Shown one piece after another: positions 38,345-51,000 of a stretch of DNA of 64,000 nt; position 1 is the first letter of the stretch, and every line of letters starts with the position of its first letter. Where the stretch lies: NCBI GenBank assembly GCA_039545335.1, contig BCIN01000008.1:186001-250000 (forward strand), written 5' to 3'. This DNA comes from Kondoa subrosea. Lineage: Eukaryota. The position numbers and the translations under genes are program-made. The notes beneath the pieces are model-generated. The model did not search any database, was not told where the DNA came from, and was given only the letters and a program-made list of their open reading frames with translations.

Positions 38345-39757
38345 ATGCAACGACGTTTGCCTACTACTTTATTACGTTGTGCCCATACCTCGAGACCTTT
38401 CTGCACTACCCGTTCTACGAATATGAGAGTCGTTGAAGTGCCCTGTAGAAGTGACAATTACATGTTTGGACAATTTCCCTTGATATTCGCTTTCTCCTGG
38501 AGTCTCATGGCCTTGTTTGTGCCTTAGGTATCTGTTGATAGATGAAGCTTCCAACAAAGCTGGTCTGTCTTTCTTCCACTGCTTTCCTGTCGTGCCAATC
38601 ATGCTTACTCCGCATATTCAAGCCGTCATTGATCCTTTCGACTTTAAGAAAATCACAGCAGCCGCTTCAAAGGAGAAAGTTACTATAGGAGAACAACTTA
38701 TTACAACTCACCATCATCAAGATCATGCAGGTGGAAACTTGGAATTCGCACAGAATTACAAAGGTGTTGAAGTATATGGCGGATCTGATGAATGCGCTGG
38801 CTTGACTAAGAAGGTATGCCCCGCGGTGTAACAGCAAATATTGAGAAGCTTGATGGGAATCGTAGGTCAAACATGGAGATGAATTCTCAGTCGGCGATAT
38901 CAAAGTCAAGGCTTATGCTACACCTTGTGCGTGGAGCTCAGACTTCTAGACAGTAATATCTTATTTCGAAACTTCTTCGCACAGGTCATACCCAGGATAG
39001 TATCTGCTTCTTCGTCGAAGGTGAGTTCTCGTGTTTCAATCCGAATGCACCTGATCGTCCATCTATCAGACAAGACGAAGAACCAGCGAGGAGTATTCAC
39101 TGGTGATACTTTGTTCGTCGGAGGGTGCGGAAGGTCAGCCGTGCTTGATTCCCTTTCGTAGACTACGCTTAATCTCGATGATCCAGATTCTTCGAAGGTT
39201 TGCGAAGAAAAATCAAGGTTTATATGATCTTGGTGCTAACCTTGGTGATAGGTCAACCGCATGAGATGCACACAGCTTTGAACAAGACATTGGCTGGTTT
39301 ACCTGATGACACTATCGTACGCCTTCTCGCGACCAGTCTGTGCAAAGATCTGACATGATACAAACAGGTATACTGCGGAGTAAGTCCTTCGGGTTCATGA
39401 CTTTCTGTATTGATTGGATTACCGGCAGCATGAATATACAAAAGACAACATCAAGTTCGGAGTGCATATCAGTCCAGACAATGCAGCAATGCAAAAACTC
39501 AAAGACTTTGCCGATAAGAACTCAGTCACTACAGGAAAGGTCAGTTGAAGAGCGTCTTGTTCCTGTCTGTCTTCTGGCATTTACTTGTTTGCTGCTTAGT
39601 TTACTATCGGAGATGAAAAGAAACATAATGTTTTCATGAGCCCGTAAGCTACTTTCGTTGCATTGCCTGGAAATAGCGCTGAGGTCGACATCGCAGCAAC
39701 ATCACTGCTGAGCGTGTGGGAGAATTACGTGAACAGAAGAACAACTTCCGAGGTTGA
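38345..39757 (+). CDS. GLO2: Hydroxyacylglutathione hydrolase (glyoxalase II) with a putative mitochondrial presequence
   Basis: Metallo-beta-lactamase motif THHHQDHAGGN, TPCHTQDS, FTGDTLFVGGCGRFFEG, VYCGHEYT and FTIGDEK; about 11 introns; in-frame ATGs at 38345 and 38423. Confidence 0.93.
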
Positions 39758-40104
39758 AAAGAGCATAATGATGAAAGGGCTGTTGTATGTAGCTAGAATG
39801 ACATGAAATGCCACAATATAACTGTCGAGACCTATGCAAATTAGAGTACGGATCCTAGGTAGCGCGAATGATGCAGAGTGAAGAATGGAATTTGAACTAT
39901 TTGACAATTATGTGTGTTTGAGATATCTACATGTTGAACAGACTGTGATTACTCCTTATAATGCCACCATACCATGAAGCCTAAAAAAGCATGTAGTCGA
40001 ACGACGAAATAGCAAATGAGGGAACTGTCAGAAGAAGAAGATTAGATCGGTTGGAATAATCATAGGATCACAAGCAGCTTACTTTTCGGAATTCCATCGA
40101 GACA

Positions 40105-40615
40105 TCACGAATGATGTACACTCATTCCAGCCCAACCCGTTGAAGCCGATGTTTGCCAAGTTCTCGCAAACAGAAGAGCTCGTTCTAGCCTCTCATCCAC
40201 CTGTTCTTGCTCCTCCTCGTCTTCTATCCTTTCTGATCTTGTCAAGGTAAGTGAAGACTCTTCTTCTGCAGCGAAATTGATGAATGAACCCAATTGATGG
40301 GAAGAAGGGAAAAGAGCTGCTATTCTCTGTTCGCGTTGAATTTGCGCAGAAGAAGAAGAAGATTGAACAGATGAAGAGGCTTGTGAGCAAGCAGTCGAAG
40401 AGAGATGAGAGAAGTGATGGTAGATATCTTGGAAGAGATGTTTGGCTGACTTAGAAGACCGAGCGGATTTAGTTGAACTCGACGAGTCAGAGCCATAACC
40501 AGAGCTGATAACACACCAAATAAGCACAGCTTCGACCTACAGTGGAGCGGGAAACCTACTCTGACAACGAAGGGAAGCGCTGAAGGGATTTGTTCGAGTT
40601 GCGTTTGAAGAGCAT
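40105..40615 (-). CDS. Small Ser-rich hypothetical protein
   Basis: ATG 40615 (MLFKRNSNKSLQRFPSLS), a phase-2 GTAGGT...TATCAG intron, then the 40105-40527 frame ending RTWQTSASTGWAGMSVHHS*. Confidence 0.55.
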
Positions 40616-41233
40616 AGCGAATTGCAAATATATTGGAAGTGGATGTGGATGAGAAGGGAGAAGAGAGAGAGAAATTACTCGCTCTTTATAGCTGCTTACG
40701 GACGGCTCGCGCTAATCATTGCTTACTTTCGCCCGTAGTTTCGGTTACTAAGCAATCTCGTCACCGATCGGCTTTGCATAGCGCGCTCGGCCTATGTGTA
40801 TACATATCATACAGATGGACCTAGGACGTAATAGAGCAGACACCGAGAGGTACGGAACTCGCAGAAGAAGCATTGAGTTTGCCGATTAGTTCCCTCATTG
40901 AAAGGCGAACCATGCCGTAAGCCAAAGCTACGATCTGCGCTAGTCAGCAGTAGATAAGTATGCAGCAGAGCAAGTCGTGAAGGCTAAACGAGATTGAGGT
41001 AGATGATTTTTGGCTCGAGCTTGTTGGCGAATGACTTCCATCGATCCAGATTATCAGCTGGTCTTGGCTGGTTTGGGCTCGCGACTCGTCTAGCTTTCTT
41101 CCGGGATCGAATTGCAGCAGCTGCACCTCTTTTCGCGTTTCCTCAAGCTATTGAGCAACGGGCCTTAGCCTTTTGCTGACTTATCGAGTTTCATTGCGAG
41201 TGCATTGCATTGCTTCGTTTTCTTCTCTTCACC

Positions 41234-42296
41234 ATGGATCCTTCACTGCGTCTTCCGCCTTTCATCAGAGCTTTTCTATCCGGCAAGCCAGCAGATGCTG
41301 CCAATGATATCACCCTCACTCGTGATGGTGAGCTGTTCCTGTCTACCGGATACTTGTTTGGTCATCTGAAGCTGCGAAACAGCCGACGGAAATCTCTACT
41401 ACACTGACAAGATCGAGCGTTTACCTCAGATGTTCCAGGATTGGCTTCCGTCTGAAATCCCTCGTCGCTCGTCGTGTTAAAGCTCTGGAGGAAGCGGATT
41501 GGCAGAATTTTGGCAAGATTCTCAAACTTTGGCGAGCTGATTTATCCGAACGGGATTTGGAACATCAGGCTGTCATCGTTGCCAAATATTGTAACCGGCG
41601 ATCAATTTCAAAGCAACCTCAACTCTACATCGATCTACTCACCCGTATTCTCCCTAAGAAGATTTCGATGGAATCCAACTACCGATTTAAGAACATGAAA
41701 GGCATTCAAGCTTTCACTCGTACCTTGATGGTCGATTCCAATGATTTGAAAGCTTTCTACATCAATGAGTCAACAAACATTCTATACATTTTAATAGAAG
41801 ACATCATCTGCACTTTGGAGGAGGAATTGAACTTGAACGCAAGTGGATCCAACCAAGGCGTCTTCATGCAATGTCTAGACATTTTCAATGCCCTGCACAA
41901 GCGTCCTACAACTTGCGATGGCGTCGTCGATCTATTACGTACACAGCCAGCTAAAGTCAAAAGATGGTCTCAGGTTCTGTCGGGAACTTGGGATAAATGG
42001 GACGGTAAACCAAGATTGGATATTAGACATTTTTCTCCCCTTTATCTACACGCAGTTCTCAGTATTCATACGCCATACATAATGCCTGGATCTGGAGACA
42101 ATCTTGCTTGAAGTCTGTCAATTACCAACCTCAGCCGAAAGATTTACTGCTCTTTAAACTGGATAAAAGTTTCGCATCGAGCACAACTACATGGTGCTTT
42201 GTTTGTTTGAATTGCTATGCATATTACTATCCCAAGAACAAGTGGGGAAAATCGAAACAAGGACGTCGATTTGGCGATGTCATTCAAGTTGTGTAG
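41234..42296 (+). pseudogene. F-box-like gene disrupted by a +1 frameshift (pseudogene or assembly error)
   Basis: The spliced frame reads ..MFQDWLPSEIPRRSSC*. Removing one C from CCC at 41459-41461 gives DWLPSEILVARRVKALEEADWQNFGKILKLWRA (F-box-like), continuous with ORF 41557-42111. A further frame break occurs near 42108-42111. Confidence 0.5.
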
Positions 42297-42774
42297 TGGG
42301 TAAGTATGTGTGTTCTTCTGTTATCTGGAAATTCAATCGATCATTCTCGTTGTTAGATGCAGCGCCGCGATGTATTGGTGAGCACCCTCAAAGGTCGTGA
42401 GAGAGCACGCTAAACCGCTAGCTCTGCTTTGTTTGCCGCAGTTCTCGCGATTGTCAATTAGCAGATTGGAAAGCAGGGCACAAACAGAGATGTTCAGGTA
42501 GTAATTCGGACCGAAGAGGAGGACGAGGGAGAGAGAGGAGAGAAAAGGGCAAGCTAGCTAACAAGAGAGACAGCGATTCAAGCAGAAGTGCGAGTTCATG
42601 AATCGCTTGACCTATGCAATTATGAGACTCGCCGCATCCTTTGCGCTATGTTCAAGCAGCACAGACTGCTTCCTTGACTTCTGTCCTTGACGTTGTCTCT
42701 CCTGACTTGGACGGTCCGGCCCTTCCGTCCGACTTCACTTTGAGGGCGGAAGGCCTTTCGCAACGGCCAAAGCA

Positions 42775-45131
42775 ATGTCTACAGAGGTTCGCGCAGCAGC
42801 CGGCAGCCACAGACCCTGCTTATACTGCACCTCACAGGAATTTGACACGCAGGTGAAAGCGCTCGTGGACTCGGGCAAGCTCTCAACAACAAAAATCAAA
42901 GCCATCACGGATCTGGCTCTAGCCAACACAGAGGTGCGCTGTCATATCATACGGGCTACCTTTAGCTGATTGTATCGAGCCCAGAATGACTCGCATTTGG
43001 TGTCAACGTTGTTTCGAATTCACAAGAAAGCTAAACCTGCCAACAAGATCTGGTCCTTCTATGTCATTGACGCGATCTCGCGTGAAATGAAGAGTCATGC
43101 AAAGAGAGATAAAGGTAAAGAATCAGCAACAGGCAAAGGTTCTAGCGCTTCCTTCCTGCAAAAGATGGAGATCTGTTTGGACAGGATCGTCTCGGAGAAC
43201 TTGGAGAAGGGTCTGCCGGAGCATAGAGTAAGTTGCCGTTGCTTCTCTTTCTAAACATTCCTCTTCCTGTTTGCTTTTGTCGCGTCTCTTTCCCTCAATG
43301 TGCTATTTGCTTGTCGCAATTGCTGCTGTGCTCCCTGCTTTGGTCTCCAATTATGCATTCTCACTTCAAAAGTTTGGCCGCTGATTATCCTTTTCCATTG
43401 CAGGAGAAAGTGAAAAAAGTCTTGGGTATCTGGTCAAACTCAGGCACTTTTCGCGCCGAAGCACTTGCTCCTTTGACGGCAAAGGCTAGTGCAGCGGAAG
43501 GAGGTAGTGGTTCTACACCCCGACCGACTGCTGCAGTTGTAAATAAGGCCGCACCTTCACAAGGTCAATATCTTTTCCTTTCGCCAAAATCTGCCCTACT
43601 CCTGCCTTCAAATGGGTACATACCACCACAGCGCTATTATCACAAGGTGTACCTTGCTTTGTATGCGTCTGACAATGCGTTTACCCGCCAACCTCGACAA
43701 ATTTGGCCACACATTGGCCATACTGTCCAGATCAGACTTTCGAACAGCCCGTTTAGTCAGGAGCGATGCTGAAATGAGATGTTTCTTTTTTGCTTTTGCA
43801 TTTTTACAATGTACAGTCTCACAAAGCAACGCGCCATTGTCCCAAGATTTGCTCGCTGTGCTCACGGGCAGCAACAAGCCGGCACCCTCGCCTACACCAC
43901 CGCCTCCGGTTTCGGTTGGACCAGATTTGGCTCAATTATTGGCATCTGCTCTAAATCCCGCAATTTCTTCCGCTTTACCGTAAGTTTTCGTTTTTTTCTG
44001 GTATCTTAGAGACATCAGTACAAATTCGATTGTGTAGACCTGTTGCTGCTTCAGCACCTGCGCCAATCAACACAGGCGATCCAAACGCTATCAGCAAACT
44101 TCTTCAGCAACTCGCTTCGTCTCAATCTAGTCAAACTCCTCCTTCAGGACATGCTGGCATGTCACCGCCATTACGCGATTCGAGAGGACCTGGTGGAAGA
44201 TATGATGATTATGATGATCGTCGAGGTCGAATGAGTCCTCCAGAAGGCAGGAACGGATATGAAGATCGTCCTCCTCGAAGACGCTTCGAATCACCGCCTG
44301 ATGATCGATCTCGGGGTCGTCAGTTCTCGCCTGACTATGGCGTAGGAGCTGGACGAAGTCCGCCACCTAGAAAGCGTTTCAGAAGTCGCAGTCCTCCTCC
44401 TCGTTTCAATCCACCGCCAGAAAGAACTGGCGATTCTGGTTGGGGTAAAAGAGCTCAGCAAGTCCAACAACCTGAGCCTGTACCGGTCGAAGAAGCACCA
44501 GCTCCAGCTCCAATTGCAGCACCTCAACCTAAACCTATTACAGCTGATGGTCCATCTTTCCTTGATTCTGCTAATCTAACTGCCGGACCTGATTTCACTT
44601 CTTTTGATGCGTATGAGCCTTTATCGTGGGAAAAGTTTGCTCGAACTTGGTTGATCATGTACAAATTCTTGCCGACTAATACTCAAATCTTGATGATGGT
44701 TAATCAAGTTTGTTTTCCGCTCTCTCTAAATCTGCGAGGCGAAACACTGTTTTTGATATCGTTGCATAGACTATGATGATGCAAGCTGCCAGCAATTTCG
44801 GTTCTTCTACTACAGCTACCAACCAACAAATGGGAGAGTATGATAGCAATTCATCTTTTGCTAATAAAAACGAAGAAGAAGGAGGAGGAGGAGGAAATTC
44901 ATCGTTTAATTCCTTCGAACAAAACAACAATAATGGTATGCATTATGATTCTTTTTACCCGCACATCCATGTCACAAGTCACCAATTGCGCACGCCCTTT
45001 TCCGTTTTATAGCCAGTCCTTGGGACGAAACGCCGCAATTGCAACCGCAACCAGTGACAGGTCTGAAGAAGCGGGGGAAAATGGTTAGGCAAGCAGACGG
45101 TGCATTCAAATTCGTTATGGGAGCAGAGTAA
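42775..45131 (+). CDS. RNA polymerase II CTD-interacting domain (CID) protein, Nrd1/Seb1-like, with no recognisable RRM
   Basis: CID-like N-terminus EFDTQVKALVDSGKLSTTKIKAITDLALAN..LVSTLFRIHKKA..KIWSFYVIDAISR..EKVKKVLGIWSNSGTF. R/D/S/P-rich middle, a small C-terminal helical module (FDAYEPLSWEKFARTW..FLPT), and a last exon ending FKFVMGAE* at 45131. Confidence 0.8.
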
Positions 45132-45415
45132 AGCAACATTGTACAGTTTTGGTAGCGGAGGCATCGAGCGCAATGAAGACCGAGGAATGCATGGCTCAAG
45201 AAAGCCATGAGGGCGACGGCATAACGTATGCATATCAGTGTACATAGCACATCTTGTTTTTTATACATCAGTTCTTCTATCTAATCACTCTATTAGAATA
45301 CAAAACGATTTTGCAAATTCACGAGATTCGATTACGATTTTTCAAGCACGGCGGTACTGGTAACACTGTCATGTTGATGTCTTCGCTTGCTGTTCTTGCT
45401 CTATGATGCGCAGTT

Positions 45416-46707
45416 CTAATGTCCCGCTTCGCCTAATAAAGTTTGATTCTCTAAATCTCCATCATCGAGCAGATCTACACTTTTCTTTCTTGGTTGACTC
45501 ATTATACGAGTGTTAGCCGATGAGAGCGGGCTCGGCCAGTACATTATGTAGAAAAGAATCGCAATAATGAGACCAATAAGCGATCCGGCCTGTCAATGTA
45601 CACAGGCAAACAGATCAGGAAACAATGGTGAGTAGTGTAGCTGAGAATATTACAAGTATATCGACTGGATGATGGACATGCTACCGGGAAAAGTTCATCA
45701 GGCCTGATTTTGTTTGGCGGTTCAACCGCGAAATGACTTACATCCTGCCATCGACTTATGACAATGAAGAGTGAAAGAATGATGGGCAGCAACACGATGT
45801 ACAATCTAAACAGGCGGGATTGAAATAAGCTTATAAGTGTCGAGCGAGAAGTAGCTTCTGTTGCAGAAAAGACGAAAGCTCGATTTTTGCCAGCCAGGAA
45901 GAGTAAGAGGAAAGTGCCAGCGAAGAGCGATGTTGAAGAGTGGCCTATCCAATCATATCCATCAGTCTTAGAATCAGAATCACGCTCGAAGATGCCCACC
46001 GCTGGGAAACGATTTCTGTATACATAGATCAGATAATTGACGCAATGGCTCAATCAAGGCGACTCACTCTGCCTTCCTTTACTACTTCTGCGACTCCAGT
46101 GCACACTTGTTTTGCTGCATCCCATTGACATCGGTCAAAGAAATCAGGTCTTAGTCTGCCTGTACAAGCTAGTATGTCAGACTCACGTCCTGAAGGGTGC
46201 AGACGTCAGGCTTACCAACTTGCAGCTTGATGAAGTCGGTAATAAATGCGGTGAGTTGATAGCCCGCAAGGACTACGAGAACATCAACAGATTGTCGATG
46301 TATTTTAACACAAGAATGTACAGCTTAGAAGGCCATGATGTATCTCGTGAAGAGAGTATCTGAAAGAAGAGCTTGACATATTTTATATGCGTGCGCATCA
46401 AGCATACCTTGCTGCTCCAAGAATAATGACAATGCCTCTGCAAGGTTACGGTCAGTAGCTTCTAAGATCTAGGTGAAAGACAAACATTGGGAGCCAGTAT
46501 GTCAGTGCGAACAGTAAATAGTCTGGCACTCGCTCGACCTCTTTGTGAGGGTATTGAAGCGAAGGATCATCTAGCCAAAGTGCTGGATCCTGTTTGAAAG
46601 GTTCTCGTTGATCCAAATACAAGTTGACTATTTGCAGACTGATGACGAGAAGCCAGTCGAGGAAGAGGGAAGCAGTAAACCACTCAGGCTTGTTTTCCTA
46701 CATGCAT
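45416..46707 (-). CDS. PAP2-family lipid phosphate phosphatase (Dpp1/Lpp1-like)
   Basis: All three catalytic motifs are recovered by splicing: C1 KLQVGRLRPDFFDRC, C2 KSFPSGHSS, C3 SRWQDHVHHPVD. Multiple TM helices. Start codon uncertain. Confidence 0.88.
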
Positions 46708-46904
46708 GGAAATTGAGCCCTCTGCTTGTGTCGCATTATACAGGCTAGGCAATCACTTTGATCATAGCCTTATGTGAAGACAACGATGTAGGTATCAGCT
46801 TTGCCATTGCGTAGGGGAATCAGTAGAGATGGTATCCGTTCGTTGATCAAGGTCAAATGATGAAATTATACGACGGCCGCGCGTTAACGGAAGTCACATC
46901 AAAG

Positions 46905-47805
46905 TTACAGCCAAGGCTTCATCAAGACGTACTGTGCCCGGAAATCCGCTGCAATAATAGTGTAAAGCGTCCTGAGCCATCTTTTCATGAGATCACTCTT
47001 GCAGGAGTAGCTGCTCTCTTCTCTCTTTTCGCCTGCTTCTCCCTTGTGATTTAATACCTGAGCATTGCTGCTAGTATGCGGCTCGTCAATCTGCTTAGTC
47101 GACAATCGCAAGAACTGCAGGACCAAACCTAGCGATTGGTTTCTTCTCTCTGTTTTCGGAACAAAATGACCAGTGCATCCAGTGCATCCGCGAGTATGCA
47201 ACGCATTCGAAAGGAAGGTTGAGATCCGACAGTCTATCAAGATCCGGAGTCACCCAGTGAAACATAATTTGAACGAATTCAATAATTGTCATCTTTGGTT
47301 CTAACCATGAAGTAATCCTTTGAAAAACAGTATGGCAAGCAATTCGATGACCAATTCGCCACGTAGGTGTGTCTCGATACGACAAGTCTTGAAATCGAAT
47401 TGAGAGCAGTAAATCCTTTCGGCTGCAGTTGGCAATGAGTCGGAATAGACTTGCACGACTGAGAGCAGAGTGCATGGCCAGCATATATCGCACGGTTTGA
47501 ACAATGGCAATTCATCTATAATGTCCATTCGTCCTGTGCGGAGAACAGGAACGCTCTGCCAAAGTTGAAATGGTACCAGTCTTCGCGACAAGAGGAAAGC
47601 CAGGTCTGCAACTGCAGCAGACATCGCGCAGAAGAAATTGTCCAAGGCGCAAGTTCTTGTCCATTAAGGATTCTAGCTCGTCTGAAGAGGCACACAGTAA
47701 CGAATTAGCGATCTTTGCCGGAGCGAGTGAGAGGGCAGACGTTGTCGCGCTTTTGAATTCTGATCCTTTTCGTACCGCTTCATCTAGCTTCCAGTACATG
47801 GTCAT
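46905..47805 (-). CDS. Hypothetical protein (exon structure unresolved)
   Basis: Consecutive protein-like minus-strand frames 47805-47512, 47493-47095 and the 3' part of 47240-46905 fill the gap between the PAP2 and RICTOR genes. No motif recognised. Confidence 0.3.
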
Positions 47806-48074
47806 TAGAGAGAAAAGGGTCGACCAATATACTAATCACGAGATAGCACAATACGAAGCAAGATGGCGAAAGAACTCTGATAGGTCCAACAAGCGCATTC
47901 AAGCTGTAAGACATACACAGGGCGCTTGAGCCCTAAGCAAGAATTGACGGGCATAACACAATTCGCATGAGGTTTCTTCGATTGGTTCGACGACTTGTTC
48001 AGCTATCCAGACCTGCGGTGATACACTTGCTTGAAGGAATGGAGCATACCCTAGCATAGTACGATACACGTCAG

Positions 48075-51000
48075 ATGTCTGTGACTCGAGAATCCATCGA
48101 AGCAAGTTTTAGCTATTTCAAGCGCAATGGAAAGTTGTATTGATTTGTCGTTCTATGTACTTCGCGTTGAATAGAATCAGCTGTCTATCGAGCACAAGAT
48201 CCGTGATGGCGCTGAGAACTTGCTTCACGTCTTTGCTGAGAATCCGTCCGAGGGCAAAGTGCAATTGCGACAACAAGTTGAAGACGAACTTCAAGCTGCT
48301 AACCTCCGGATCGATGCTCTACAGTCTCAGATAGATGAGCTTGATCGAAGTATGTCCTGGCGTTCGGCACTACAAGAATTCTATTGAGGTCTGTGCGTAT
48401 TATGCAGAGAATGGTGTCCTGTTCGAAGATCATCCTTATGCTGCTCAAGCAACTGCGAAACGTGTAGAGCAACGGCCTGGAAGAGAATCGTCTAATGACA
48501 CTGTCCCATCTTCTTCCTTCCTTGATAATGACTATTCTTCGAGCGAAGATGGGATCGATAATGATCTAGGTGATCCTGTCTTCAACAAAGACACAGCTCT
48601 TTCGCTCATACACAGAACAGAGAAAACACAGCAGATCTATGAACAAGCTCGGAATCTTCTTCGAGGCTTACCAACAAAAGAACCGCGAGAACAAATCAGT
48701 GATATGTCCACGCTGTATCATCTTGTTGCGGCAGATGCTCGACTACGAGCTCAAATATCTATGGCCGATATCGTCAAATAGTAGATTTGCTCAATCTCAT
48801 TCAGATGAAGGTGTTCATGTAGTGAAACGATACAGTACAATGCCGCTTCTCGGGGACGATTGCCATAAAGATGTGAGGTCGACTGCACATCGTCTGATTC
48901 GAGCTATGGCGGAATACCCAGAAGATATCAGAGAACTCAGCGCGAATCAGTTTGATCTGTTTCTCATTAGGTAATGCCCTTTTATGCATGTAATGCGCGC
49001 TATTCATTCTGATATTGAACGAATTTAGAGCACTTGCGAGAGATCACAAGCACGATTTGGAGAAACAGCAAGTTCTACGAACTGTTCGACATCTAATGCA
49101 ACTTTCGCATACTTCTGGTCAAGCATTACTTTCCGTTGGAGTCGTCCGAGCTGTCGTAGCGATAGCGGAAAGCAATGACGATCGACTGAGATACGTATCT
49201 CTGGAGACCTTGGCAGAACTAGGTCTGTTCAGATCATAGTCAATGATTCAAAAGATCTGAAACATTGAAAACAGTTGTTCGCGATATCGATCTTCTCGCA
49301 TCTGCTGATGGCTTAAGAGTGGTACTACAAGCGCTTTCAGATGGTCCTCCAGAACTAGCGCCTTCTTTGGCTATGGTTTTCATTTTCCTGATCGATCGAC
49401 CTCATTTACGATCTTACCTTCGACCAGGTGTAGATCTAGAAATCATTCTCTCTGGTTTGACAGAGAGCGTTTCACCAAATAAAGCAGCACAACAGAGCGA
49501 TAAAATGAGATCTAGTGGGCGGATAGCTGTAATGTTGCTCAAATCTTGGTCCGGTGAGTGGTCCAAAAGATTGTTGGCGTGAAATCTGCTGAATATCTTC
49601 ACAGGCTTCCTATATCTGTGTCAGCAAGATAAGCGAGCGCTAAAGTCATTGGTCGGTGCTTTATCTTTGACCTCGGCTGTAGTCAAGGTAGGTTGACCTT
49701 ATCGGGAGAGGTCTATGGCTGACTAAAATATAGGAAACTATGCTCGACACATTCTTCGAGATATTTCGCGTCAAAACACCAGATTGGTTCAATCAATTCA
49801 TTTCTGGAAAACGTTTGACTTGTTTGTGTTCCTTGCCTTGGTCCGCTACATTGGCTTGACAAGGAAAACAGTATTTCGTCGGTCAAAAATTGTAGATGTA
49901 GCGAAAGCGGAGTCAACTGAAACAGTCTCGGCAATCAAGGACAGCGACAACGATCGGCCAAACCTCATTACTCATTTTCTTGCTTTGGTACTGCTCGCTT
50001 TCGTGGAAGTCGGTCTCTTGGAAGCCTTGATCTCGATTGCGGAAGACACATCTTTACCGAAGCTTAGCAAGAAAGCGGCTCTTCTGTTGGGCGAAATATT
50101 GCAATTGTCAAGTCGCGTGTTGCCTCATGAGAACGGATCGAGAATGCAGGTAAGTACAATCGAACCAATTCTCAGTATTCTTGATAACATTCTGCAGGCT
50201 CTCACCCGCTTGTTCGACCTGGCAGCAGCTTTCAACGATAGTTTGCCTCGCTTCGCTGCAGTATCAGCTCTATCATCTATTGGAAGCATCAATCGAAACA
50301 GGGCTCGTCTTGCTGCCATTTCTGCCGCACCTATGAGTCGCAATCGGTCAAACTCTCTTGACGATCCTTTGATTCGTGGTCAAAGACAAGTGGAAAGCTC
50401 GAAGATCAGGCTGGGCATGCAGATAGATGATGCTGCTTTTCGTAACATGATCCTAGAAACGCAAGTCATGAGCTCGAAAGAATGGAATCGCTGGAACTTT
50501 GAAGTCTTGACCGATTTGTTTGAAGGACCTCTTCTCAATCCGAGAAGAATGGAAGAAGCCATCAAGGGCCTCAAATTCATCCGGAGACTCATAATTTTCT
50601 TTCATCCGCTCGAGCACAAGTATGCAGATATCAAAAATACTAAAGTAAGCAATCTCTTGCCCGAAGTAATTTAATACCTGAACATCCATCAGTACAACGA
50701 GAAATATACGAAGTTCGCATGTCTGGTCATCACAACTCTGGTTGCATCGCCCGAAGGCATTCGAGTGCTAGCGGAAGACAAACTGCTGAAGCAGGTAGCG
50801 GATGGCCTTGCGTTACTTGATCCAGTATGTTCCACATCAATGATTGCTGAGGTGATGCTCAGTGATTGACAGCTCGCTGCTCCGACTGTGAGCTCGGAGA
50901 ACATCTTTTCGGCGCAGCGAATGAAAGACACGCTCACCCAAGGCTACATTACACTCATTGGAGTGCTCACACAAACAGAAGAAGGCATCAAGTGCGTCTT

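Noticed and set aside
40745..40751. TTACTAA (Yap1/AP-1-like site) upstream of the small Ser-rich gene
   Set aside because: A single 7-mer is expected by chance in 64 kb and has no supporting context.
3484..43000. Several stop-free introns of 3n length (e.g. VMA21 3484-3537, BBC1 19852-19905, CID gene 42787-42837) that make ORFs read through
   Set aside because: With introns of about 50-55 nt a fair fraction are expected to be 3n and stop-free; enrichment cannot be shown without counting.
43610..43750. Two-hairpin intronic structure followed by ACA, resembling an H/ACA snoRNA
   Set aside because: There is no ANANNA H box in the hinge (CTTTGTATGC), so it is not called a snoRNA. It is kept only as a possibly structured intron.
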